64,000 nt of DNA from Trichoplax sp. H2 (lineage: Eukaryota). Below the pieces are notes generated by a model, which was given only the letters and a program-made list of their open reading frames with translations, ran no database searches and was not told the DNA's origin. The stretch spans positions 1-64,000 of the forward strand of contig NOWV01000254.1 of NCBI GenBank assembly GCA_003344405.1. The letters run 5' to 3'. The position numbers were made by a program, and so were the translations under genes. Shown piece after piece: positions 14,878-31,929 of the stretch. Each line of letters starts with the position of its first letter. Position 1 is the stretch's first letter.

Positions 14878-14975
14878 AAAACTGGAAGTGCGCAGAATTG
14901 CTTTTCCAATTTTCAGAGTTGAAAAGTTTGGATTGCGCACTCTCGTGACAGTCCGTCCTTAATTACTGTCAATCA

Positions 14976-15022
14976 ATAATAATATTATATTATTATTATT
15001 ATTATTATTATTGTTATTTATT
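14976..15022. repeat. (AAT/ATT)n microsatellite
   Basis: AATAATAATATTATTATTATT... run. Confidence 0.9.
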
Positions 15023-15619
15023 ATGATTCAAAACTGGCTTGATCGCGCAGCCTTCGCGCCGGATATTCACTGGAAAACCATAATCCAAAGAGATTACTAT
15101 ACTGCCGCCAGGACTGCAGGCGATCGAATTAAAATTCTCCAAAAGGCGTTTTGATTTAATGAGAAAAAAATGAAAATATTCTGATTGTACTGCTGTATCC
15201 GCGATAGTCATGCAAAGTCCAGCAAATAAAGTAGGTCGAAGCTTGGTTGGTTTTGTAGCGTGTGGTATACTAAACGGTTTCAGTTTTAGGGTATGGTAGC
15301 AGCGAGTACTCCTTCATTAATCAATTAAAATCGTCCCCGGGGGTACGATTTTAATTGAGTACAGTAGTCGCTGATAGTACTGTAGAATAAGGGAAAAATG
15401 GTCAGTTTGACCATTCTTTTTGCACTAAAGTGTTCTGTACAATACATCAGTAGATCAGGTTGCGGTAAATTGTGCGATTGATATCATTGATATTAAACTG
15501 CATAAGCTAGTACAGGAATAATAGAATGTTTTGATTGATTGGAAAATACCGGACCGACGTCCGGCATTTTGAATCAATCATTGACTTTACTATTTTTCCC
15601 GGACAAGTTGATTTAATTT

Positions 15620-16860
15620 TAATGAAGAGGCGGTACAGTAGTGTCAAAAAGTGAGAAGAAGTGGAATTGGTACAGTCCAAGCTCTAATACAGTACAGTGC
15701 AGAGATTGATCTACTGTACAGTACAGTACTGTACAGTACAGGACGTTACAATGGTTTACTGCACAGTCCAATTTACGGTACGTACTGTACTGTATGTACA
15801 ATACAGTACTGTAGGAACTAGGAACGTATCAATCGGCTACAAAAATGCCACTTTTAACGTTTACCTTGGCAACTTTGACATACTGTATAGTAGTGTACAT
15901 TGTATAGTAATGTCGATGTATCTATTCGTATTGCGGCACGATGAGTCAGGAATCTCAAATAAATTAGGGTTATTATTATGATGAAAACTGAGTACTGTAA
16001 ATACTGGACTGTCCAGTATACTGTACTGTACTGTACGTCGTCTCGTTGACTGTACCCATTTTGTACTGTAGAATACAGAGTCAGTATCAGGTTGGCACAG
16101 TACGGCCGACAAACCAACTGGCATTCTTGACACTGTAGCGACAGTTATTTCCAAAAAACAAAAGTAAAAACAGCAGTTCTGGTAAAGCCAGTTCTGCTAG
16201 TTTCAACTGTTGCTATTGTTTCGAACGCCCCCAGCCTTACCCATCAGTATTGTTGTGTATCACTCTTTGTTGATAGTAAGTACATAGTGTACAGTACAAC
16301 AACAATGAACTAGTGAACCCGATGTTGAAAGGTTAAAATCGCAGGCGTTTGTAGACTGCACATTGTACTGTAGCGAGCTGTGTACACTGTAGAGTAGTGA
16401 TAGGCTCAATTGCTGATACAGTACAGTAGTCTACTTACTACGGTGTACAGTACACTACACACTATTGGATTGTATGCAGCACTGTACACATCTGCATATC
16501 CAACAAGGCAGAGAAATACTGTACTGTACAGTACAGTGTACTGTAGAAAAAAATAAATCAATTCTCTCAGACTGTATGGACAGACAATGCGTCAGGCCAA
16601 CTTTTGTTAACGCCGATTGTTCTCTCCAGGCTAACCTCTTTCAACAGACATGTTCAATTGTTTATTCATAATGTACCTTAACGTGTTACGGCAAATCAGA
16701 TCTCACAACGTATCCAACAACGGGTCCGTACAATGTACTGTATTGTACTGGACAGTGAAGGCACAGCATGACGTGCAATACAGCCTACAGTCTACAGTAC
16801 AGCCAAAAGAAGCTTTGCAGACTTTGTACTGTAAAGTGGAGTACTAGTACTTACTACCAC
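15620..16860. repeat. TACAG/TACTG-rich interspersed low-complexity tract
   Basis: Dozens of TACAGTA/TACTGTA/TACAGTACTGTA motifs in both orientations; they generate the spurious YCTV/VQYS ORFs. Confidence 0.9.
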
Positions 16861-16905
16861 TGTCCTTGCGTCCTACAGTGCTCAACTGGGACTGTAACCC
16901 ACACA

Positions 16906-16911
16906 TATAAA
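16906..16911 (+). promoter_or_regulatory. Candidate TATA box of the bZIP gene
   Basis: TATAAA about 135 bp upstream of ATG 17042, with an Inr-like TCATTC near 16944. Confidence 0.35.
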
Positions 16912-17041
16912 GTCAATTGCATCAGCTTTTAACCCACTTGTTTTCATTCTGTTGGCGCTATTGCAAGCTAATTCATTTGCAATCTCGACTACTACTACCG
17001 CGACCATTCGTATTTGCTAGCAAGGTGGACTACTGGGTAAG

Positions 17042-17996
17042 ATGATGGCAAACTACCATTACCAAAATTATATCGATGAAGCCATGGGATTCGACGACAA
17101 AGGTGGAGGAGGACTAGCCATGGAAGAATTTCTATGGAATGAAATGTGCCCAGAAATTTACACCGCCAACATGATCGACGACGAAGAGTGTTTTGATCCT
17201 GCGGCTCGTGACTCCGCGTGGTATATTTAGCAGTGGTAAGTCAATGACTCTCAATCATCCATAGACTAACCAATACTCAATACTGTAGTAGACGGTTGTA
17301 TTATGTATGATTATTATATCCATAATGATCATCATTGCAACCATTTTCAATGATGATGCTACAGATGAATGTTTTTATAATCATCAATGCAATCTTTTTT
17401 TCTGACATTAATTTACATCAAATCGCCAGGTTGATACCTAGCGAGTGGGGCATATGGGGCATATGGTTAAAAATTGCGTCAATAAAAAAAAAACATCGTT
17501 GGTAAAATACAAGATTCATTCTTACCCTGTTCAACATGTAATGTACTAATTTCCATCACTATATAAATTATTTTTGCAATATCGTATAGAATTCAACGGA
17601 AATCGACACAGCAATTCGTCTTCTTCTATACCTACAGTTGGCAACACCACATTGCCACAATCCATTGATTCTTTAACTACAGAAGAAGAAGCTTTTGTCG
17701 ATTTCCGCGATGAAGATCTTTCATCAGGCCTCAGTGAAGATATTTCCAATTTCCATGCTAACCTTTCAAAAGCAAGAAAACGGATGTCGCATGATGAACG
17801 TCGCCAGCGAAATAACTTATCGGCTAAAAAGTCCAGAGAGGCCAAAAAAATCAAAGATCGTTATCGTTCTATTACAGCAAAATCGCTCGAGACTGAAAAT
17901 GCCCGCTTGAAACTTGAAATACAAATGATGGAAAAGCAAATTCAAACAATACGCCAACTGCTGGTGTGTAAAATCAACAATCATTCCACAGCTTGA
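17042..17996 (+). CDS. PAR/NFIL3-like basic leucine zipper transcription factor (two exons; exon junction unresolved)
   Basis: Basic region ERRQRNNLSAKKSREAKK followed by zipper LETENARLKLEIQMMEKQIQTIRQLL, TGA 17994-17996. Upstream acidic ORF 17042-17230 is followed by a GTAAGT donor at 17236. The bZIP domain is secure; the 5' structure is not. Confidence 0.8.
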
Positions 17997-19174
17997 ATTA
18001 GCTAACCCTATCTTACGGTCAATTTTCACTCTTTCATGAGCAATTGCAATTCAAAAATTACTTCTTATCCTTACAGACGCGTATGCGCGTCAAAGTTGGA
18101 TTACCATATCATTGCTATTTTATACCGATTGCAATTTCAATTGCAATACAGTAGAATCAACGGGTCAACTCGGATTCCAATTGACTTGATGCTAATGTAT
18201 ACCTATGTTAATAACCCTTATTTAGTTATGAATTTACTTGTCTACAGTTCCATAACTTACATCACTCTTGATGAGCGACTTGAGATGTTCACTCTAGTGG
18301 TGCGTTAGCTTAAAATCAAATTAGGTAATAAACATAGTGTAAAATTGAAATACAAAATTTTACACGTGTACTGTTCACTGTCCGTCTTCGACTGGATCAC
18401 GCACGGCTGTAGATACAATACCAAGCTCTCCAGATGTACAAGTGATTAGAATTTCTAAATAGAAATCCAACATGTATTTAATAATTAATGAATTGTTATT
18501 CTGATTTATTATTGCATAGCTTCGCGATCATATTTTTACCGTCAGATCTTTGCTGCGTTGACGTTAGTAGCGGCATGCAAATGAATTCTAATGAAGCTAA
18601 TTTATCTCTACAATTGTCGCATTTCAATAAATGCAGTACATATACTTGATGGTAAATGATGTCTTTTATTGGTAATGATAGTACATTGTGAAAGAATGCG
18701 TTGGTGTGTAGTCAATTTAAATCAGCCATGTTGTTATGGCACCTACTGTATATCAAAGGACGCACAATTTGTTGTACTTATAAAAAATTGATTTAAAAAT
18801 GATTAACAATGGATGATAATTATCTTGTGCGTGTACTAAATTTGATTGTCTGGCCTTGAACCTGTCACTAATAAATATTCTTCCGCTTAAAAATATCAAA
18901 TTACTTTGAAATCATTTCATTAAAGTCTTCTCATCGTTCGCCTTGGCTAGCCAAATATCCATCAAGGGTTGAATCATTAATTTCTTGGAGGAATGTCATA
19001 CCTTGTCACAAGTCCACTATAATTGTGATTACTGATTGTAGAAACAAAGCAATCTACAGTAGACAAGACATGATTTACGCGTATATTTTCTACTTGATAT
19101 TATTACTGTAGATCAGCTCATAAAAGCTGATATACTGTACGTAATCAAATATTATGCATGTGATAATTTTGCAG

Positions 19175-24329
<5,155 letters not shown>

Positions 24330-25239
24330 CTTGCTGGACTCAGGAACAGCTCGATCTGTTATCCTAACGATATCTAGAAAAGCGATCAGCGGATAAATAC
24401 AAACGTAGCAAACGGTTACGAATAAATTGTTGATTTCAATCGTATTAATGTTTATGGGCAAACATCAGCAAGGTGCGGACTAGAATCGATGACAACTGGT
24501 GAAATCAATTACAATCGTTAAACTATTACAGCAAATAGATATAAGCACGTCATTAAGATAGGGTATGAAATAATTACGAATACGGGTATATAAATAATTT
24601 GGTCTTCTACTCAAATCCAATCTACTTTATTTCTTTAGCAGAATGCAATCAAGACCTGCTTACCTTGCTGTCGACGAGCTCGTTAATCAGTTGAGATTTA
24701 GACTAACTTACAACCAATAACTGATAGTGAATTTGTATCATCTAGGCCAGGGATCAATTAGTCTCAATTATTTATAACTTGGAAGTAGCCATCACTCAAA
24801 ACCTAGCCGTTCAAGCCCCAATCACCTTATCTAGCTTGCAGAATTTTATGTGAATATTTAGCTCTCTTGAGCATTTAATATTTGTATAGTTGTATTTCTC
24901 CACAATCGTAAAAGGTATACTAATCGTAGTATTCTAAGTCCTGTTGAGTACTTGTATACTCTTTAATTAATCACTATAATACTATAGTACTGTATATTCC
25001 AAAGTCCCGTTAAGTACTATATACTGTATAATTAATTATTCTAATAGCTATTTACTGTATAGTCGATGTTGCTGGAGTGTTCAATCAGAGTGTTGAGTGT
25101 TGCTATAGTAAACTCTGTATCTAGCAATCATGAAAGAAACTGTATACTATGGCAGCTCCTATTAGCCGCTAGACTTGCACTCGCTAGTGGCTACCAATTC
25201 AGTTTCTATTAGGATATCATAAACTTCAATACTATAAAA

Positions 25240-26990
25240 TGTAGTGATGTAAGTAGAGGACTGATCCATTCATTCCTTTAACGAATAATCAAATCTAGTT
25301 ATCGCAAAGTAACCAAACTACTGTATTGCCATTCATTATACATAGCTGTTAATCTAGCCTTGGTATTTAATTATTGGACAGATATCAACACTACGTCATA
25401 TTGAAACTAAACTAAAATATACGCAAATCTTAATATAATAACATAGTGATGTAAGTGAAGGATTAATTCATTTATTCCTTTAACGAATAATAAAATCTAG
25501 CTGCCACAAGATAATCAAAGTACTATAATATCATTTACTGTGCATAGCTGTAAAGCTCATATAGTCCACTAAATATATCCCATAGTTTAGTATACTGTAT
25601 ATAGTATATGTGTTATACACTAAACTGTAAATTAGAATCTCTCCAATCGAGTCTTTGCATTTAGTCATTAGACAGATATCAATACCGCGTAATATTTAAA
25701 CCAAAAATGAGCAAAACTAATGGAATAGCACAGTAATATAGGTGAAGGATTAATTCATTTATTCCTTTAATGGATATTAAGATTTAGCTATTGCAAAGTC
25801 ACTAAACTACAGTAGTATCATTTACTGTACAAGTGTGCATAACTACCAAGCTCGTATTGTCCACTAAATGTGTCTCCCAATTTAATATATGCAAACTATA
25901 ATCTCGCCAAACTAGTCTTGGCATTTAGTCATTAGACAGATATCAATACTGTATAATGTTTAAACTATAAATAAGCAAAATTAATGGAATAGCACGGTGA
26001 TGTAAGTGGAGAATTAATCTATTTAGTCTTTCAATGGATGATAAAATCTAGCTATTGCAAAGTAACCAAGCTACTGTAGTATCATTTACTGTGTATATCT
26101 ATCAAGCGAATACGTATATTCCCTCTAAATATATCCGCAGTTTAGTATATACAAACTACAATCTCTCCAATCTAGTCTTGGCATTTAGTCGTTAGACAGA
26201 TGTCAATACTTCATAATTTTGAAACTAGAAAATCGTTTACTGTATGTATTCCTTCCGCGGGTAATACGAATTGGTATCTTCATAAATTAAACATGACCGT
26301 CATATAGTAGTCAAAACTACAAATGAGCAAGCGAATTCGCATTAGAGTAATCTTATAGGAGGATCAGTTGATTATTCCTTTAACGGATAATAAAGGACTA
26401 GTTTTCTCATTCTTTCTAGCTATTACGCAGTAATCAAGTTATCAATGGCCAAAACTAATAGGATAATACAGTGATGGAATTGAAGGATTAGTTTATTTGT
26501 TCCTTCAGCAGATAAAATATGGCTATCGTAAAGTAACTAAACTAATGCACTGTAGTATCACTGACTATGCTATCAAGCAAATATTCCTCGAAATCTATCC
26601 CACAATTTAATATATGCAAACTCTCCAATTTAATCTTGACATTTAGTCAGTGGATAGATTATCGATACTACATTATATTTAAAGTCCAAATGAGCAAAAT
26701 TAATGAAACAACACTATGATGTAAGTAAACAAGCAGTCCATTTCTTTCTTCAACGGTATTATATAGGATTATTCTCTTCCTTCATTAAAGATGACCATCA
26801 CGAAGTAACCAAGATTAAAAGTGAACAAAATGAACGGAATAACATAATTGACGTCAACGGGATCAGTTTATTGATTCTTTCGACGGATAATATAGAATTA
26901 CTGCCTTCATTAATTAAACATAGCTATTACATAGTAATCAAACTACAAAATGAGCAAGGTTAGTTGAATAATATATTGATATAACTGGAT
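25240..26990. repeat. Degenerate tandem repeat, units up to about 280 bp
   Basis: Core GTGATGTAAGTG(A/G)AGGATTAATTCATTTATTCCTTTAA recurs near 25243, 25445, 25731, 25997, 26470 and 26715, with shared CATTTAGTCATTAGACAGATATCAATAC blocks. Confidence 0.8.
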
Positions 26991-29436
26991 GATCATTATC
27001 AATTTTTTTCTTTCATGAATGAGATAATATCAGATCGGATACTGTAAAATCGAAGCATGAAAAATTTTTTGGTAGATTCATCTTGAGGAGTAAACTAGGA
27101 GAAAGAAAGCACGAAATGGCATTAGCTAGTATAAATTGAAACCTGGGTAAACTATTTAACTAATCGATTAGACTACAAGAAGAACAACGATCAAATCAGC
27201 TATAGTGATAAATGGCATGGTGGTCCAGTATTGAAGCAACAACAACAACAATAATCAAGTTAATAGAGATGCAAACAACGATATAACTTCCTAGGCTATC
27301 ATTACAATTCTAATTTTCATTGCCTATGCAATTTACTAATAACTTGTTTCTTATGGAAATATAGCAGAGTTAATCAATGCCGTGTATACCTAAACAGACT
27401 AATATAAATAGCAGCGCTATTGATGAATCACTTTATAAGTTAAATATATATCAGAATAGTAAGTAATGGGTGCGACCATGTGTAGTAAAACAACGACGTG
27501 AAATAACAAAGACTTGCCCAATTTGATTCTTATTTAAATAATTCCAACTAGGCATGACCGCCATGATCCATTTTTAATTATAAAAACTTATTGAAATCAA
27601 TCCTCTATCGCGATCATTTCAATAGAATAATAGCAAAATTGACCAATCGATTGTTCTACGCGAGGTAGTGCTAACATCCTTTACAGTCTACAACACCATT
27701 AACAACTGTTGGAATGGTTGGTGATCCAGGATAGTAGTCACATTTCGCTCTTATTACTGATATCAGTGGATACTTATTTCCGTTACACTTAGACAAATAT
27801 AAAATTGTCATTGGGTATATTGGTAGAGGAAATTGGTTATTTCTATTTCATCTATTTCCCTTCTACCGGCTACTAACAAGAAGCTAGTGAGGCTAATTTT
27901 CTCTCCATTCTCCCTCTTCTTTGCTGCATTGACTTTGGGATGCAATTAATAAGCACATAACCTAAGGTAAGTCGGTTATGTTGTTTTAATTCCAACGGCT
28001 TGAATTCCAACTAAACAGGACTGCTTAAAACTCTTCAATATCCTTTTCCCGCTTTATATCTTGAACTGAATAGTATCAAAAGGACATTTTTGTACATGTT
28101 CTAATAACGATAATGTACTTTATTGGCTAATATTGACGACAACGTATCTGTCCTTCTTCGAACACTACAACATTATTTTTATGCTAGTGAAATATCTAAT
28201 CTCTAGTTTATCTTCTGCAACATGATTAAATATTATATATCAGCAGTGGAGCTCTTTATTCTTTAATCGACAATTTGTACATTTCACATCATCTTTAGAG
28301 TAGTTTTGTTCGATTTCCTGAAAAAAATGAGAAAACAGGTTTTACATAATAATTTCCATCTATTCCATCGTTATTGGACATGGAGATCACTTTAAATTTG
28401 AATTAGAATCATGAAATAGACTTAAAAAGATTTAGAACAGCATCTTTTAATTCAGAAAGGTTTAGAAATCGATCTTTTAAGTCCAATTATAAACTAAACA
28501 TACGAGAGAATGGAAATATTCCGATAATCTTGCAATATACCAGTACTCGTATCGTAAGCCCTCCTTAAATCATTCCATTTGTGCTAGTTCAGTCCAATTT
28601 TGAATCATGGCTAACTCACAGACAGTATCAATTTGCTGTAATCGTCGAATTATCATAGCATTTAACTTGATTAATTAAGTTTTAATAATCTCCACGTGCC
28701 TTCTACTTGTATCCCACACTGGATCATTTATCACAGTTAAACATCCCCTCTACCGAAAATTTCCTATTCTTAAATATGACGCTGGTTGATTTCTTCTTGA
28801 ACTTTTAAAATATCCAAGTTCATTTTCCATAGCTCATCGGTAGATATCCAAACAATCACTATTTTTGTTCACTATTGGAATCATTTTTCTGCTGATAGAT
28901 AGAGTGTTCGTTGTGCCTGATTGCAATCAGTGAGCGAAATCATCGATAAACAAGATAAAATCTGACTTTTCACTCCGCTTAAGCAATCGAAAATTTTGTT
29001 AACGCCCTCTTTAATACATTACATTTATTAGACTTTAAGTACACACAAATATTTTCTCCCTCTCTTCTAATAAGGTCAAGGATAAGATTCTGTATCGTTG
29101 TTTTTAATATTCCTATTATACCTTTTCGGCAATATCAGGATATTATTCCACTTTTATGTCATAAAATAACTTTTAAAATTCACTAGGTTACCATCCTAAG
29201 ATATTGACAGGGAACCGAACTACATATAAACAGCGGTAGCGACCTTTAGCAAAATGAATACTAGTTGACGTACTGTAGATTAACTTCCTGTTGATTGATT
29301 TTTCATAGCTACGAAAAGGAAATAACATATTTACTAAGCACTTGGTGTATCAATTATTCTAACTGTTACTCAACACCATAATATTACTGTGATTTAATGA
29401 ACCATAAGTAAAAGTCTATCAGCCATGGATCATCTG

Positions 29437-29814
29437 TCGCTGCATAAAAATGTTATTCTACAGCAACGTCCAATTTCTACTTCCTCCTATACTGGGCAGA
29501 GTATAGGTGGTTAGACAAGTGAAACTAAAATGTTACTATTCTCATGGCTATACCCTTTTTGATTTTCATCGCTGAAAAAATGCTATTCTACCACTATGTC
29601 CAATCTCTACTTTCTCCCATATTGAGTAGAGTATAGATCTCTAGATAAGTAGAAAAATAAAATGTTACTATTTTCAGAGCTATTACGTTATTGGTTTTCG
29701 TCGCTGCAAAAATACTATTCTACCACTATGTCCAATCTCTACAACCTACTACCATATTGAGTAGAGTATAAGTGGCAAGATAAGTAGAAAACTAAAATGC
29801 TATTATTCTCATGG
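29437..29814. repeat. 132-bp tandem repeat, 3 copies
   Basis: TCGCTG(C/A)AAAA...TATTCTAC...GTCCAAT.TCTAC...AGAGTATA...AAAATG.TA.TATT starts at 29437, 29569 and 29701. Confidence 0.9.
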
Positions 29815-31182
29815 TAATTAATTTGCTTTCTATAACCCCATCGTCATATCTAGAGAGCGATTTGATAGGTGGCATCTTACCACACAATCATTTTAGGTTA
29901 AACCCAAGTAAATACAGTCGATGCCTATTCAGTCGAGAAAATCTTAAATCCTATCCTTTTTAAGATTCAACGTCTTCTTGTGCGATCCTTAGCTAGCAAA
30001 GGGCGTAAGCAAAAACGCGTAATCCTAGCAATTTACAGCTTCTAATGTCGTATAAAATATTTTGTATATTAGATAGTTTTATCGTCAAGTTAGTTTATTA
30101 ACAAATAGTTTACTTAAGCCTAAATTAAACAGCTTTAAACCCCTTTCATAGAATAAAGTAAAAGGATTTAGCTAATTGATTAAATCTGTTGAATTCATAG
30201 CATTCTTAATTGCCAATATTTGCTATTAGTTAGTAAAAGCATTATTTTTAGTATACCACACCATTACTTCGTTAGCAAGACATATAGAAAATTTAGAGCC
30301 TCTAATGTGGCATAAAAATTCGTCTTGCCTATTGGGGAATTTCATCGTAATATAGTATTATTTTTTGAAGAAATGGTCCACTTGAATTAAGTGACTTAGG
30401 AACCATTTACCTGATGATGTAACGACAACGATTAGGATAATCGATCACATAAGTCGAATTTATAGGCTCTACTAATAACTTATTTTTACTAGTAGTTAAT
30501 GGGACCTTTAGTTTATTCAGATAGAACGTTAAAGCTTTCGCAGGACTATCTTTATCTAGCAAATTAGGATTACGAGTATACTTGCGCCATTACTAGGTTT
30601 AGGGAAATCCATCTGAATATCATTCTTACTGCAAGGCAAAAGCAGGGCAGGTTCGAAAGTTAATAAAATAACAATGTATCCATTTGGCTATTTTAAGAAA
30701 AGATTTATCATTAATTCCTAAAGAATATCTCTATGGTTTTTAATCATTACAAGATAAGCTATTCGATAAAAGAAACAGAAATAAACGAGAAAAATGAGAG
30801 GCGAAGCAATCGTAATAAACAATAATAGTGCTGTTCAATTCTGCTTAGCTTAAATTGGATTATCCATTACCTTACAATATGCTAACTGTTTCTAATTAGT
30901 ATGTAACAAAACTGATGATTGCAATAAATCCACTCCAAAAGAAAATAATAACATATGAGTGAAATAAAGGGGCAAGTAGAGCTTAATCAAGTTTCATAAT
31001 CCTTCAGCATCATAACCCCTTGCTATAGTTTTATGACAATTTAATCGCTTCTCAAGTACTCATTCGTATTGACTGCTCATTAAGCAAAGAAAATATTCCA
31101 TCTATAAATTTATTCATACTCAAAGATTCTTGTAGCGAACAATGCTTTGTTGTGGTTACAACAACATTTTATCATAAATGAA

Positions 31183-31720
31183 TGAAGAAATCAGAGATCC
31201 AATAATAAATCTACTTATTTCTGTGCAGTAAGATTACTGTTGCCCTATAGCTATTGCATTTTAAAATTTTTAGACTTTATTATCGCATTAAATTATCCAA
31301 ATTCATTTATTCTGCGACTGTAATATTAATACATATATGAAGAAATGAGTGATCCAATTATAAATTTATTTGCTCCTGCATAAGTAAGATTTCATCTGTT
31401 AATAAAATTTGGTAAGAATATTTATTTATTGTAGTAGGATTGTCATTGCTTCAAGGTTTTTGCGTTATAAAAGAATTAGACTTTATTACAGTATTAAAAT
31501 AATCTAAATTTATTTATTCTGTAACCGTAGTGCAAATGCATATGATATTTATGTATCCGTTGTTATTGCTAGTATTCGAAGAAATTAGAGGTACAACTGT
31601 AAATTTTTATTTTCTTCTGCATAAGTAATATTTCAGGTATTAATATTCGGCTGCAGTTTTTATAGTTAGATTGTCATTGCTTCAAGGATATTACAGTACA
31701 AAAATTAAACTTTACTGTCC
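31183..31720. repeat. Degenerate repeat, 3 copies
   Basis: GAAGAAAT...A.TAAAT...TGCATAAGTAA.ATT blocks at about 31183, 31338 and 31577; GATTGTCATTGCTTCAAGG occurs twice. Confidence 0.7.
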
Positions 31721-31929
31721 TGTTGAAATTAATCTTCGCTGTTTAGAATAGCTATATCCTTATTTTAATGATCCAACTTGATTTATTCCACAAAAATAAG
31801 GCCCTTATATGATATTAATGCTTCTGTTGGCATAACTAGCTTTCAGTGAGGCCTACGACTGATGATAATAAGCGTCTTAATATCTCTCTTGGAACACTTT
31901 TTAGCCTTATATACAGTACATGGATCACG

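Noticed and set aside
15619..16847. Cluster of ORFs rich in YCTV/VQYS
   Set aside because: Translation artefacts of the TACAG/TACTG repeats on both strands; no domain or splice structure.
17546..18029. Antisense and alternate-frame ORFs over the bZIP exon
   Set aside because: Shadow ORFs of a coding exon with no independent evidence.
30640..30670. GGTTCGAA T-loop-like motif suggesting a tRNA
   Set aside because: No cloverleaf or A-box can be built around it.
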